A stretch of DNA of 61,951 bases, the filler included, from Chiloscyllium plagiosum (lineage: Eukaryota), in the NCBI RefSeq assembly GCF_004010195.1. It is 5 parts of one record of this genome, joined end to end, with 100 filler letters (N's around TTAATTAATTAA, not from the genome) between each part and the next. Parts side by side here need not be neighbours in the genome. Positions count along the whole stretch, not along the records: positions 1 to 6,966 come from NC_057715.1; positions 7,067 to 21,995 come from NC_057715.1; 3 more parts are not named here. One strand, 5' to 3'. The notes under the pieces were generated by a model. That model was not told the DNA's origin. It searched no databases and saw only the letters and a program-made list of their open reading frames with translations. The translations under genes were made by a program, and so were the position numbers. Positions within the stretch are counted from its first letter, which is position 1, and each line of letters begins with the position of its first letter. This document shows, piece by piece, positions 1 to 12,499 of this stretch.

Positions 1-302
1 GAGCGGGAAGTGGAGGAGATGCGGTGGAGGGCACCGTCGACCACGTCGCCTTCCTGACCTGCAGTCTTCTTCTTGGCCTCCGCGCCTCCATCCTACTCCG
101 ACCTATCACCCTCACCTTGACCTCTTTCCACCTATCACATTTCCAACACCCCTCCTCCAAGTCCCTCCTCCCTACCTTTTATCTTCTCCTGCTGAACACT
201 CTCTGCTCATTCCTGAAGAAGGGCCTGTGCCCGAATCGTCGAATCTCCTGTTCCCTGGATGCTGCCTGACCTGCTGTGCTGTTCCAGCAATAAAGTTTCA
301 AC
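1..302 (+). mobile_element. Penelope-like element (PLE) 3' end with degenerate hammerhead core, preceded by a short, probably inverted PLE segment
   Basis: C/T-rich 3' region, then attcCTGAAGAagggcctgtgcccGAATcgtcgaat (209-244; GAAA mutated to GAAT). Same family as 9856-10073 and 47060-47352. Confidence 0.75.
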
Positions 303-440
303 TAGCATCTGTGGAGAGAAAGCAGAGTTAATGTTTTGGGTCCAATGACAAAAGAATGGTCACTGGACCCAAACATTCATCCTGCTTTCTCTCCACAGAT
401 GCTACCAGACCTAAGTTTTTCCAACACTTTGTTTTTGTTT
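303..440. mobile_element. Short degenerate palindromic PLE-derived repeat
   Basis: agcatctgtggagagaaagcag...ctgctttctctccacagatgct inverted arms around tgggtccaatgac/gtcactggaccca. Related half copies at ~11490, ~17080, ~26040 and ~33085. Confidence 0.55.
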
Positions 441-842
441 AAAACTATGCTGTAGCCTAGTGACAGAGTTTCAGGGACAGAAAGAGATAGAGAAATCTAG
501 AGATCAGTTAATCTGTGTGTGGGTTTGTCAGGAAAATGCAGCTGGTGGCCTGAGTTTAAAGAACTTGTGTTTGCTCTGTAGTTAACATAATAGTGAGTTT
601 AGTTTGCAATTTGATTTAGAAGTCTCAAGAAGAGTTGCCAGCTGAAGGAATCTAGTCCATATGCAGAGATTTTCCAGAAGGGAATGAATTAGTCTGGGCA
701 AGAAAATCTGGTTTCAAGATAGTGGTAAATCTTCATTAGCGTTTTGATGTTTGCAAGGATATTGCTGGGATAAAAGGACACAGATTTATGAAATCTTGTC
801 AAAATTATTTTTGAGTGTAATATAGTTAATATCTTGCTCATT

Positions 843-2219
843 TTGAATTGAATTTATGGTCACGTGTACCGAGGCACAGTGAAAAGTTTTGTCTTGTGAG
901 CAATACAGGCAGGTCACATAGTTAAGTAGCATAGACAATAAATAATAGGTAAACAGCAAAACAAAAACACAAGTACAGGCAAATGTTATGAGTTTGAGTC
1001 CATTCAGTATTCTAACAACAGTAGGGTAGAAACTGTTGCAAAACCGACTGTTGCGTATGTTCAGGATTCTGTACTTTCTCCCCGATGGTAGAGGTTGTAG
1101 AAAAACATTGCCAGGGTGGGATGGATCTTTAAGAACGCTGGCGACCTTTCCTTGGCAGTGGGCCTGGTAGATGGATTCTATAGATGGGAGGTTGGCCTTT
1201 GTAATTGTCTGGGCCAAGTTCACCACTCTCTGTAACTGCCTCCGATCTTGAATGGTACAGTTGCCATACCAGGTAGTGATGCATCGAGACAGTATGCTCT
1301 CGATGGCGCACCTATAAAAGTTGGTAAAGGTATTCGCAGTCATGCCAAATTTCCTCAGTTGCCTGAGGAAGAAGAGATGCTGTTGGGCCTTTGTAACCAG
1401 TGGGTCCACATGAGTCCAAGAAAGCTTCTTGTGGATGACCATTCCCAGGAGTTTGACACTCTGCACTCGTTCCACCTCTGCTGTTAATGTGTTGCAGGGC
1501 ATGAATACCATCCTGCTGAAAGTCAATAATGAATTCCTTGGTTTTGCTGGCATTAAGTTAGATTGTTCTCAGTGCACCATTTTTCCAGGTCTTCCACCTC
1601 CAGTCTGTACTCTTTCATCGCCATCTGAGATTTGACCGACTATGGCATTAGTCTGGTATTTGGCAACGCAGTTATGGGAATACAGCAGGGGGCTGAGTAC
1701 GCACCCCAGGGGCTCCAATGCTGAGTGTTAGTGACGATGAAATATTGTCCCCAGTCTTCACTGATTGTGGCCTGTGGGGTCAGGAAACTGAGGATCCAGT
1801 TGCAGAGAGTGGGGCTTAGTCCAAGATCATAAAGTCTAGTCATCAGTATCAAGGGGATAATAGCTGAACTATAGTCAATGAGTAGGATTCTTACGGAGTG
1901 TTCTTGGTGTCAAGATGTTCTAGTGAGGAGTAAAGGGCAAGTGATATGGCATCTGACGTGGATCTGTTCATCCAGTAGGCAAATTAGAATGGGTCAAGAG
2001 TAGTGGGGAGGCTGGAGTTGATTAATGCCATGACTAGCCTTTCGAAGTACTACTTGACCACCGAAGGTAGGGCCACCTGGGTGGTAGTCATTGAGGCATG
2101 CTGCATGAGCCGCCTTAGGTACAGGGATGATGTTGGCCCTCTTGAAACAGGCAGGGACAATGGCCTGCTACAGGGAGAGGCTGAAGTTATCAGAGAAGAC
2201 CTCTGCCAGTTGATCTGCA
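843..2219 (-). mobile_element. Rex1/Babar-type non-LTR retrotransposon, RT and C-terminal part (decayed)
   Basis: ORF 786-1553 KAQQHLFFLRQLRKFG...FYRCAIESIL..CITTWYGNC (DUF1891-like); LGLSPTLCNWILSFLT upstream; short (ATTCA)n-like tail at ~843. Confidence 0.85.
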
Positions 2220-3535
2220 CACATCTGGATAGCAATAACAGGATAGGTCAGAGTCAGCATGGATTTATGAAGGGGAAATCATGCTTGACTAATCTTCTGG
2301 AATTTTTTGAGGATGTAACTGAAGATGGATGTAGTGGATGTAGTGTACCTGAACTTTCAGAAAGCCTTTGATAAAGTCCCACATAGGAGATTAGTGAGCA
2401 AAATTAGGGTACATGGTATTGGGNNNNNNNNNNNNNNNNNNNNNNNNNNNNNNNNNNNNNNNNNNNNNNNNNNNNNNNNNNNNNNNNNNNNNNNNNNNNN
2501 NNNNNNNNNNNNNNNNNNNNNNNNNNNNNNCAGTGGGGTACCGCAGGGATCTGTGCTGGGACCGCAGCTTTTTACAATATATATTAATGATATAGAAGAT
2601 GGTATTAATAGTAACATTAGCAAATTTGCTGATGATACAAAGCTGGGTGGCAGGGTGAAAAGTGTTGAGGATGTTAGGAGATTACAGGGTGACCTGGACA
2701 GGTTAGATGAGTGGTCAGATGCAGTTTAATGTGGATAAATGTATGGTTATTCACTTTGGCAAGAACAGGAAGGCAGATTACCACCTAAGTGGAATCAATT
2801 TAGGTAAAGGGGCAGTACAAAGAGTTCTGGGTGTTCTTGTACACCAGTCAATGAAGGTAAGCATGTGGGTACAGCAGGTAGTGAAGAAGGCTGATAGCAT
2901 GCTGGCCTTCATAACAAGAGGGATTGAGTATAGAAGCAAAGAGGTTCTTCTGCAGCTGTACAGGGCCCTGGTGAGACCACACCTGGAGTACTGTGTGCAG
3001 TTCTGGTCTCCAAATTTGAGGAAAGACATTCTGGCTATTGAGGGAGTGCAGCGTAGGTTCACGAGGTCAATTCCTGGATTGGCGGGACTATCTTATGTTG
3101 AAAGATTGGAGTGACTGGGCTTGTATACCCTTGAGTTTAGAAGACTGAGGGGGGATCTGATTGAGACGTATAAGATTATTAAAGGATTGGACACTCTGGA
3201 GGCAGGAAACATGTTTCTGCTGATGGGTGAGTCCTGAACTAGAGGACACAGCTCAAAAATAAGGGGTAGGCCATTTAGGATAGAGATGAGGAGAAACTTC
3301 TTCACCCAGAGAGTGGTGTGTGTGTGGAATGCTCTGCCCCAGAAGGCAGTGGAGGCCCAGTCTCTGGATTCATTTAAGAAAGTGTTGGATAGAGCTCTCA
3401 AGGATAGTGGAATCAAGGGTTATGGAGATAAGGCAGGAACAGGATACTGATTGAGGATGATCAGCCATGATCATAATGAATGGTGGTGCAGGCTCAAAGG
3501 GCAGAATGGCCTACTCCTGCACCTATTGTCTATTG
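2220..3535 (+). mobile_element. CR1 LINE (5'-truncated, RT plus 3' UTR) nested inside the Rex1 element
   Basis: [50 protein letters not shown]; (CTATTG)2 tail at ~3522-3535. Contains an N gap at 2424-2530. Confidence 0.92.
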
Positions 3536-3980
3536 CTCTGAGTGCATGGCCTGGGACTCCGTCTGGTCCTATAGCTTTCCTGATTCACATGATGGAAAAC
3601 TGATCTGACCTCTAATGCAGTGATTGTTGGGATAGGTTTGTCAGGACTTGTCGGAATAGGTGTTACCTCTCTGCTGAAATTCTGCTCAAAGCGGGCATAG
3701 AAGGCATTGAGACAATCTGGGAGGGATATGTGATCGTCTTTTATGTTGCACTGTCTCTTAGAACCTGTGATGTCATTTAGTCCTTGCTGTAGTTGACTGG
3801 TCTGTCTGGGTCTCTAGGTTGGATCGGTATTGGTCCTTGGCTGTCTTAATGGCTCTGCGAAGGTTATACTTGGATTCTTTATACTTGAGTGCATCTCCTG
3901 ATCTGAAGGCTTCACGCCTGGTTTTTAGCAGGTTCTGTATGTCCTGATTCATCCAGGGTTTCCTGTTGGGGAACATCCGG
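3536..3980 (-). mobile_element. 5' continuation of the Rex1/Babar element
   Basis: ORF 3773-3976 FPNRKPWMNQDIQNLLKTRREAFRSGD; same strand as and colinear with 843-2219. Confidence 0.8.
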
Positions 3981-6089
3981 TAACAATCTCACCTCTGAGT
4001 CAGAAAAGCTCAGGTTTGCAAGTCATGCTTCCATATACTTAATCACCATGGCACAGTGAAAAAAACACCATACTGTTAGAGATGTTGTCTTTTTAACATC
4101 TTATTTCCTTATTATCTTTTCTGTTTGTCTATCAGTATGATTGGGTGCAGCCCCAACATCCACAGTGGAGGTGGAGGCAGCCTTTTGATTGATATGTCTT
4201 GTTGACTCTGCTAAGTTTGGCAGAAACCCTCTGGGATTGGGGCCTAGCAGACCCTGGCCTGCATAGAGAGTCTCATGTCCAGATGTAGGTGAATTTCTTC
4301 TCTAAGAAGCAATGAGATCACTGTCAGAGTGGACACTGAATGGTAAGGCACCACAGTGTCTCTGGGTGAAATCTCAAGATGCTTGGTTGGCTGCCCATCT
4401 CCCTCTGCGTTCTCAATGGCAACTCCCTAATTCCTTGTGAAGAGGCATCTGAGGCAGATTGAGGTAGTACTTATCCCCCCCCCCGGCATTAATATTCTGC
4501 ACCCATGACTATAGCGTGGTGTGCAAGTCTAACGTCCTATCCCGCAACTATTGTGTATTCTGCTCAACTTTTGTCTGTTTCCTGGAACCAGTCAGGTTTT
4601 CACATGGGAGCCATAACAGTAGACAAATTGGGGAGGGAGCAGGATACGATAGCTTCAGCTTACATTCTAATCCATTCATGGCTTGTGGCATGTTTGTTGT
4701 TGATCCCCTGACTGACTTTGCACCTTCAATAGGTCACTTATGGCTCATCAACATGGGGTTGTGTGAAGGCCGGCTTTCCTTGGATGTTGCTTCCTTCACA
4801 GGTTGCGAACCAATGTCAGTGATAAAGTGACCAGCTTGTGATTACCCTAACCTTATTAGAGAAGTAACACCCACCAAAATGAATGTCTCTGCTGGTGGAG
4901 AGTACAGGTAAATGCCATGAAGGACCTTCTATTGATATCTGGGAGACGACATCCTCAGAGATGGTGGTAATGGGGTCCTGGAGTTTGAGGAGGAGCTGAG
5001 GGAAGGCCGTTCTCCCTTTTGTTGGCCACTAGTATGTGGAATGGAGTAGAGAAAGAATTTGTTTCTTGATGTGTAAACTCACTTATTTGAACCGCTGTCT
5101 TCCTCTGAGAGTCCTATCTCTCCACCTGTTCGAGCACAGTCACAGTTCTCCCCCTGCCAACCTTCTCCTGGAAAAGGGTGAAAATGCAAATATTCCTGCC
5201 CATTCCCATTGGTCTGGGTCTGTCCGTTCTGTCATGGACATTCTTGTCCTGCAGGCAGATAAACAGGAATGAGGGATTGAGTGTACCCCAATAGGTTTAT
5301 AAGCACTTTATAAGTATGCATAGCGATGTAAACCCTTCCCTGGTAAGTGATTAATATTCACAGTCCTGCATCAGTAGAACATGAACAGTATAAGATGGCT
5401 ATCACATATACATTAACAAATGTTGGTTCTGAGGCTTGCACATGGCACTCTAAGCTGATATTACTCTGCATTTGCAGTTAGATCGCAGAATGTGGTGTGT
5501 CAATTTGCAGTGAGTAGAAGGTACCCTTACAAAACACATTGTTCATCCTCTTCATGAAGCCAGTGACGGTTCACTGAACTGAGGCCATTTTCTATCGGTC
5601 TGAAATATCTCTGGTATTGGTGATGGTGGAAGAGGGAGGGAACAGGTGAGGAGTCACCAACACAGGCTGAACCTATGGCCTGGCTTTCAGTGAGTAAAGA
5701 GTTGTTTGGTTGCCTTTAAATATGGTGCCCAGACCTTTTGATTCCAGAAGATATTGCAGGGTCAAGAACTTCCCTCCTTCTTGCCCCAAATGATTCACCA
5801 TTCTGTTTTTTTTAAATGTTCATTTGTGGAATGTGGATTTCACTGGCTGGCCAGCATTTGTTCCCATCTCCAGTTGCCCTCGAGAGTGATGGTGAGCTGC
5901 CGCCTTGAACTGCTGCAATGCACCTGCTTTGTTAACCCACGAGCTGCTTCAGTGTTTTTGGACCTGCACCCATCATAGCAAGTGGGGGGTATTGCATCAC
6001 ACTCCTGACTTGTGCATGGTCAATGACGGCCAAAACGTGGTGGTGGTGGAAAAGCACAGCTAGTCAGGGAGCATCCAAGGAGCAGGAGA

Positions 6090-6366
6090 GCCTCACAGCA
6101 CCAGGGTCCCAGGTTCGATTCTAGCCTCTGGTGACTGTGCAAACTCCACACAGACATTCTCCCCATGTCTGCGTGGGTTTCCTCCGGGTGCTCCGGTTTC
6201 CTCCCACAATCCAAAGATGTGCTGGTCAGGTGAATTAGCCATGTTAAATTGCCCATAATGTTAGGTCGATCAGAGAGAAATGGGTCTGGGTGGGTTACTC
6301 TTCAGAGAGTCGGTGTGGATTGGTTGGGCCAAAGGGCCTGTTTCCACACTGTAGGGAATGTAATCT
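6090..6366 (+). mobile_element. HE1-like tRNA-derived (V-)SINE
   Basis: gcctcacagcaccagggtcccaggttcgattc (B box), cattctccccatgtctgcgtgggtttcctccgggtgctccggtttcctcccac core, CR1-like 3' end. Confidence 0.8.
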
Positions 6367-6694
6367 TAAAAACTGTTCAGGAATTTGTGTGGTGTGAATG
6401 TTACTTGCCACTTTATTAGAAGCTTATGCTCAAAACATCAACTCTCCTGTTCCAGCTGTGCTTTTCCAGCACCACACTTTTTGACACTGATCTCCAGCAT
6501 CTGCAGTCCTTACTTTATCCTTGTAGATGATGGACTGACTTTGGGAAGTCAGATGGTGAGTAATGCACCGGGGTTTTCCTAGCCTTTACTCTTGCAGCCA
6601 GTGTTTATATGGCAAGTCCAACTGAATTTCGGATCAATGGTAGCCCCCAAGATGCTGATCGTGGGGATTCCATGATGGTAATAAATATCAAGGG

Positions 6695-7745
6695 GTAGCG
6701 ACCATAATTCTATTCATTTTAAAATAGTGATGGAAAAGGATAGACCAGATCTAAAAGTTGAAGTTCTAAATTGGAGAAAGACCAATTTTGACGGTATTAG
6801 GCAAGAACTTTTGAAAGCTGATTGGAGACAGATGTTCGCAGGTAAAGGGACGGCTGGAAAATGGGAAGCCTTCAGAAATGAGATAACAAGAATCCAGAGA
6901 AAGTATATTCCTGTCAGGATGATAGGGAATGCTGGATGACTAAAGAAATTGAGGGTTTGGTTAAGANNNNNNNNNNNNNNNNNNNNNNNNNNNNNNNNNN
7001 NNNNNNNNNNTTAATTAATTAANNNNNNNNNNNNNNNNNNNNNNNNNNNNNNNNNNNNNNNNNNNNTCCTTGAAAGTGGAGTCGCAGGTAGATAGAATAG
7101 TGAAGAACGTGTTTGGTATGCTTTCCTTTATTGGTCAGAGTATTGAGTACAGGAGTTGGGAGGTCATATTGCGGCTGTACAGGACATTGGTTAGTCCACT
7201 GTTGGAATATTGCATGCAATTCTGGTCTCCTTCCTGTCGGAAAGATGTTGTGAAACTTGAAAAGGTTCAGAAAAGATTTATAAGGATGTTGCCAGGATTG
7301 GAGGATCTGAGCTACAAGGAGAGACTGAACAGGCTGGGGCTGTTTTCCCTGGAGCGTCGGAGGCTGAGGGGTGATCTGATAGAGGTTTACAAAATTATGA
7401 TGGGCATGGATAGGATAAATGGACAAAGTATTTTCCCTGGGGTCGGGAAGTCCAGAACTAGAGGGCATAGGTTTAGGGTGAGAGGGGAAAGATATAAAAG
7501 AGACCTACGGGGCAACTTTTTCACGCAGAGGGTTATACATGTATGGAATGAGCTGCCAGAGGAAGTGGTGGAGGCTGGTACAATTGCAACGTTTAAGAGG
7601 CATTTGGATGGGTATATGAATGGGAAGGGTTTAGAGGGATATGGGCTGGGTGCTGGCAGGTGGGACTAGATTGGGTTGGGATATCTGGTCGGCATGGACA
7701 GGTTGGACCGAAGGGTCTGTTTCCATGCTGTACATCTCTATGACT
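6695..7745 (+). mobile_element. CR1/HER1 LINE ORF2 fragments spanning assembly spacer 1
   Basis: LNWRKTNFDGIRQEL left of the gap; ORF 7070-7669 [11 protein letters not shown]...RRRLRGDLIEVYKIM...FFTQRVIHVWNELP right of it; 3' UTR ending ctctatgac. Confidence 0.9.
6967..7066. other. Assembly spacer (N44-TTAATTAATTAA-N44)
   Basis: Exactly 100 bp with a six-frame stop linker; identical spacers at 21996, 49835 and 58834. Confidence 0.97.
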
Positions 7746-9855
7746 TCTACATCCAACACCAGATTTCAGCTACGTAATGCAAGGTTTTGCCCTCATAGTG
7801 AAGTTGTGAGTTTGTGAAGTGTATAGATGCTATTGTGGGTCTCATCTGATCTCTGGTCAGAGAACTGAAGATGGAGAATTATTATCATGCTGTGCATTCA
7901 TCAGGAAGGTTTTTAATCAAATCATCTGCCTTTAAACTTCACTTGATCTTTCGAAGATGACCTTTCAGGTTTTATTTAATATCCACAAACATTAATCGTC
8001 AATTATCTCGCACCTATTATGTCAGCAAAGTGATTGTAGCTTCTCTTTAGTGCGTCACAGATACAAGATGTCAATGGATCATTTTATTAAAGATTTCCTT
8101 CACTTTAAAGTGCTATAAACTAAGCTTCCATGTGTATCAAATTGAAAAAAATACGGTCAAGGTTACTTTGACTCCAGAAATGACTGTGAACTAACTAGAA
8201 TAAATAAATAAGAAAGATTATAATACATGCCTCACTAATGGTGACTGTGATAGTTATCACTGCAAAACCTTACTTGATTCTCTAATATGTTTTCGAGAAG
8301 AAAATCTGCCATCTTTACCTCGTTTAGTCTCCATGTGGCTCCAGACCCATGGCAATATGTTTGACACTTAACTGGCCTCTGAAAAGGTCTAGTAAGCCAC
8401 TTAGTTTAAAGGCAGTTAGCAATGGGAAACACATTGTCTTTGCTAGTGATCAATAAGGCTGAAAGCATTTTTAGAAATTCATGTACATTCGAGAGATTTT
8501 TAAGAATCCACAGATTATAACTAAAATAAAAGGATATCAGAACAAATCCAAAAACCTGGAGGTAAAGACTGATGCCGTAAGAACACTAGAACAGGAGAGC
8601 ATTCTCAAAGTGAATTTCCTGCCTATATATGATGAACCTATAACACACAAATTGTGCAACAATGGCATGATATTCTGCATTTCAGCAAATTAGAGTCAGT
8701 GTATTTTAATTTAAACTACTTGCAGTACTATATAAGAACTGGTATGAAGGATCTATTTTAACTCCCAGGCTGTAAAGTTACCAAGCCCGTGTATTTGAAT
8801 TCTGCTTTTATATTTGTACAATGACATCAATATTTGAGCAAGACACTGCCTGAATAATCCCACCTTTGTTTCACAACTAAATATTTTACATAATGTTTTA
8901 AAACGGTATCAGAAATGGTCATATAGAGAAGTTAAAAATATTAAGCAAGTCAAATGAAGAGACAAATTTTGCAATAGCTTCACAATAGCCATTGCCAAAG
9001 GTCGAAAAAAATTAGCCTCTGGAGATATTCACGGAGGATTGCACATGCTAAAATTCTTCACTTTAATATGTTGGTTTTTAAACCTCGAAACAAATACTTA
9101 GGAAAATGAAGATAAATAATTAACTCTCCCTTCAACAGAGGTTCTTAAAAATTACTCGGTTACACTGGACGGAATTTATCTCTAGAAACAAAATCTTGCT
9201 GTTTCAAATGAAAACCATGAAAGCTCAATGTTGGATACAAAGTATTTCAAATCAAGAAAATCATAAGATTGGACTGCTGAGTTGATCGATCTCAGTCAGG
9301 ATACATGTATTGGTGCTTGTCAGTGATTGCACCCTGTATGAATGATAGAAAAGTAGCTTAAGCCTTAATTCCCAATTTTACCCAATGAAGAAAAATATAC
9401 ACTTGAAATATTCACTACATTTTCCCTTCCTGGATGCTGAATAACGTGATAACTGTGTACTTGCTATTTGTTTTCATTTCAAATGTCCAATATTTTCTTC
9501 TTCTTCCTTGAAAGATACATGCCCCCACCCACCGTTTTCAAACTGAGAATGAGATTGAAGGTTATCAGCAAAAATCCCCTCAAGGTTAAAGATAATTCCA
9601 CTATCAGTAGTAAGATACCCTTCAGTGTCCCTCTCGATGTGCTCCAATTTCCCCGTAATGGTGTGATATCATTTCACAGTTTTATTGATTGCAGATTCAG
9701 CCACAGTTTCATTAAAAAGTTGACTTGAGAAGTTTTTAAAAGGAGCTTCAAAGTGTGAATCAAATATTTTTCATACAGGCTGCAGCTGCTTGTAAGAAGT
9801 TAAGTTAAACTTCTCTCTCCCTCTCTGTGTCGTACCCTGTTGTCTAGGTTGTTAA

Positions 9856-10073
9856 GGTTGAAACTTTATTGCTGGAACAGCACAGCAGGTCAGGCAGCAT
9901 CCAGGGAACAGGAGATTCGACGTTTCGGGCACAGGCCCTTCAGGATTCCTGAAGAAGGGCCTGTGCCTGAAACGTCGAATCTCCTGTTCCCTGGATGCTG
10001 CCTGACCTGCTGTGCTGTTCCAGCAATAAAGTTTCAACTTTGATCTCCAGCATCTGCAGACCTCACTTTCTCC
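9856..10073 (+). mobile_element. Palindromic non-autonomous Penelope-derived insertion with 13-bp TSD
   Basis: TSD tctaggttgttaa at 9843-9855 and 10074-10086; ~90-bp inverted arms 9857-9945/9946-10038 plus unpaired 3' extension tttgatctccagcatctgcagacctcactttctcc. Confidence 0.9.
9944..9981 (+). ncRNA. Minimal type I hammerhead ribozyme motif (PLE type)
   Basis: gattc-CTGAAGA-a-gggc(ctgt)gcct-GAAAC-GTC-gaatc: intact core boxes, stem II, 5-bp stem I (gattc/gaatc), predicted GUC cleavage triplet. Confidence 0.75.
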
Positions 10074-10817
10074 TCTAGGTTGTTAACCATGGCTTTCTAC
10101 TCATCGGCATGCCATGGTATCGCAATTAGACAAGGAGAACAGGCAGGTGCAAGCACTATCTCAATTGAAATGGTGTCTGAACCCATACTGTTGGTGTTAT
10201 GGAGCAGCACATTGTAGTCAACTCAGCTTATAGGCCGTTGAGTCAAGGTTCAGTATACATGTGAGGTGGTCCCATAAGCTCCCAGAAAGCCCTGGAAAAT
10301 TGAAATCATAAGGCAACCAAGGAAAGAAACTATACCTGCGTACTGAAGAGACAGAATCAACGAGAAGCTGTTCCTCCAATCGAAGGCTGCTTTGCTGCAA
10401 ACATGGGAAGAGATGTAACCAGTGATTGGAGAAAGTGAGTAGTGAAAGGTTGACTCACTAGAACACAAGAACTGTGGCAGTGGGTGATGCAGTGAGGGAG
10501 ATTTGATGGAGAGGCAGAGAGAGATGGTGAGCTAGAGGTTGCAAGGGTGGAGCAGTAAAAAGAGCAATTGTCTGGTTGAAATCTTCCAGCTTCAAGAATA
10601 TGCAATAAAATGAGTTAGCTGTGACCTCATTAGTCCACAAAACATTTTTAGGGTGATGGTAATTTTTTTCCACCTCTTTTCCTTTGAAATGTGTTTGTGC
10701 ATTTGTATGTGTTTTAGAGCTATTTAGAAAAGTAAGCATTTGTACTTCTATTCTACTGACCAATATAAATAGATAATCAATTATTACATCATTATTGTTC
10801 CTTTTGATTGTATTTTT

Positions 10818-11252
10818 TATAGTCAGAAATGTACAGCACGGAAACAGACCCTTCGGTCCAACACGTTCACACTGACCAGATATTCTAAATGAATCTAGTC
10901 CCATTTGCCAACACTTGGCCCATATCCCTCTAAACCCTTCCTATTCATTAACCTATCCAGATGACTTTTCAGGGTTGTAATTGTACCAGTCTCCACCACT
11001 TCCTCTGGCAGCTTATTCCGTACACACACCACCTTTTGCGTGGAAAAGTTGCCCCCTAGGTCCCTTTTGTTGCAACATCGAGAGTCGAACGGCCTGTACT
11101 GTGCTGTAATGTTCTTTGTTAAATCTCTTCCCCTCCCCCCCCCCCCACCCCACACCCTAATCCTATGCCCTCTAGTTCTGGACTCCCCCATCCTAAGGAA
11201 AAGACCAAGTCTATTTACCCTATCCATCGCCCTCATGATTTTATAAACCTCC
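10818..11252 (-). mobile_element. CR1 LINE 3' fragment with a small internal insertion
   Basis: EVYKIMRAMDRVN..ESRTRGH...NKLPEEVVETGTI; interrupted at ~11067-11120 by an opposite-strand CR1-type tail. Confidence 0.85.
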
Positions 11253-12499
11253 AATGCTCCTTATTAAGCAATCTTCTTAACTTTTTTGTTTAAAATTGAT
11301 GATTAAATGATTTAATTGGTCCTGTCAATAACTGAAGATTGTATTTCTATTTTACATTATAACCCAAGATACAGTGGGACCAGAGCAACTATGTCGTCCT
11401 CTCGCCTCAGCTGTAACAGTACTCCTACAAAGTGATGTAAGATAGGTGTTTTCCTGTATTTTGACGCAGCAACAACAGAGAGTCTGTAATGAAAACCAAA
11501 AGAACGGATGCTATAAATCAGAAACAAAAACAGAAATTGCTGGAAAAGTTCAGCAGGTCTGATAGCATCTATGGAGAGAAATCAGAGTTAATATTTCTGG
11601 TCCAGTGACCCTTCCTCACAACCATCTGAAAAGTATGTCCAAATGGGATGATATGCAACTTGGAGCAGATTTTGGAGGTTTGTGTCCGAGGAGTTGAGAT
11701 GTTAGGCAGACTGTGAAAAGTTATTTTATTAATTCGTTTGATGGGGACATTGACAGCCAGGTCAGCATTAATTGCGCATTCCTAACTGCTCTCTGGGCAA
11801 TTAAGAGTCAACCACGTTGCTGTGGATCTGGACTCACATGTAGGCCAGGCAAGGATGCTAGTTTCCTTCCCTATAGGATATTGAGAAAACCCATCTGGTT
11901 CACTAGTGATCAGCAATGGATTTGTGGTAATTATTAAACACTTAACTTCAGATTTTTATTGAATTCAAGTTTCACCACCTATTGTGGCATGATTTGAACC
12001 ACAGTCTCCAGATTAACAGTCTACCAATACTACCACTAGGCTGACTCCTCCTTGTCTGTGGATAAAACTTTGACAAAGTTCTGCAATGCATAATATGAAT
12101 TTTCAAACTGTAAGATCAACCATGGAGGAAGTAGATCTTTACAGTGGTGGATGGGATTAGATAGTGATTAGATGCCAATAGTTAATGGCAGAGCCATCAA
12201 GCAAAGAAACAAATCTCTACAACTGGATCCTCAGCTTTCTGACCCACAGACCACAATCAGTGAAGACAGGTAATTACACTGCCTCTGCAATAACACTAGA
12301 GTCTTCCAAGGATGAGTCCTCAACCCCCGACTGTACTCCCTGTACACCCTCTAGTGTGTTGCCAAATTCCAAATGAACGGGCCTCTACAAATTAATTAAA
12401 GGTAACACTGTAGTGGAACGAATATCTAACACTGATGAGTCAAAATATAAAAGGGAGTTAGAGGTCTTGGTAATGTAGTGGGTGCAATGAGAACAATCT

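Noticed and set aside
4100..5700. Possible Harbinger/Myb-SANT transposon remnant
   Set aside because: Only a compositional impression; no translatable motif or TIR could be shown.
7011..7022. TTAATTAATTAA as a biological motif
   Set aside because: It is centred in identical 100-bp N blocks four times; an artificial six-frame stop linker.
9470..9730. Minus-strand frame ..DTEGYLTTDSGIIFNLEGIFADNLQSHSQF resembling an EnSpm/CACTA transposase motif
   Set aside because: Only a short ADNL..H resemblance bounded by stops; no further transposase motifs or TIRs found. Would need a profile search.
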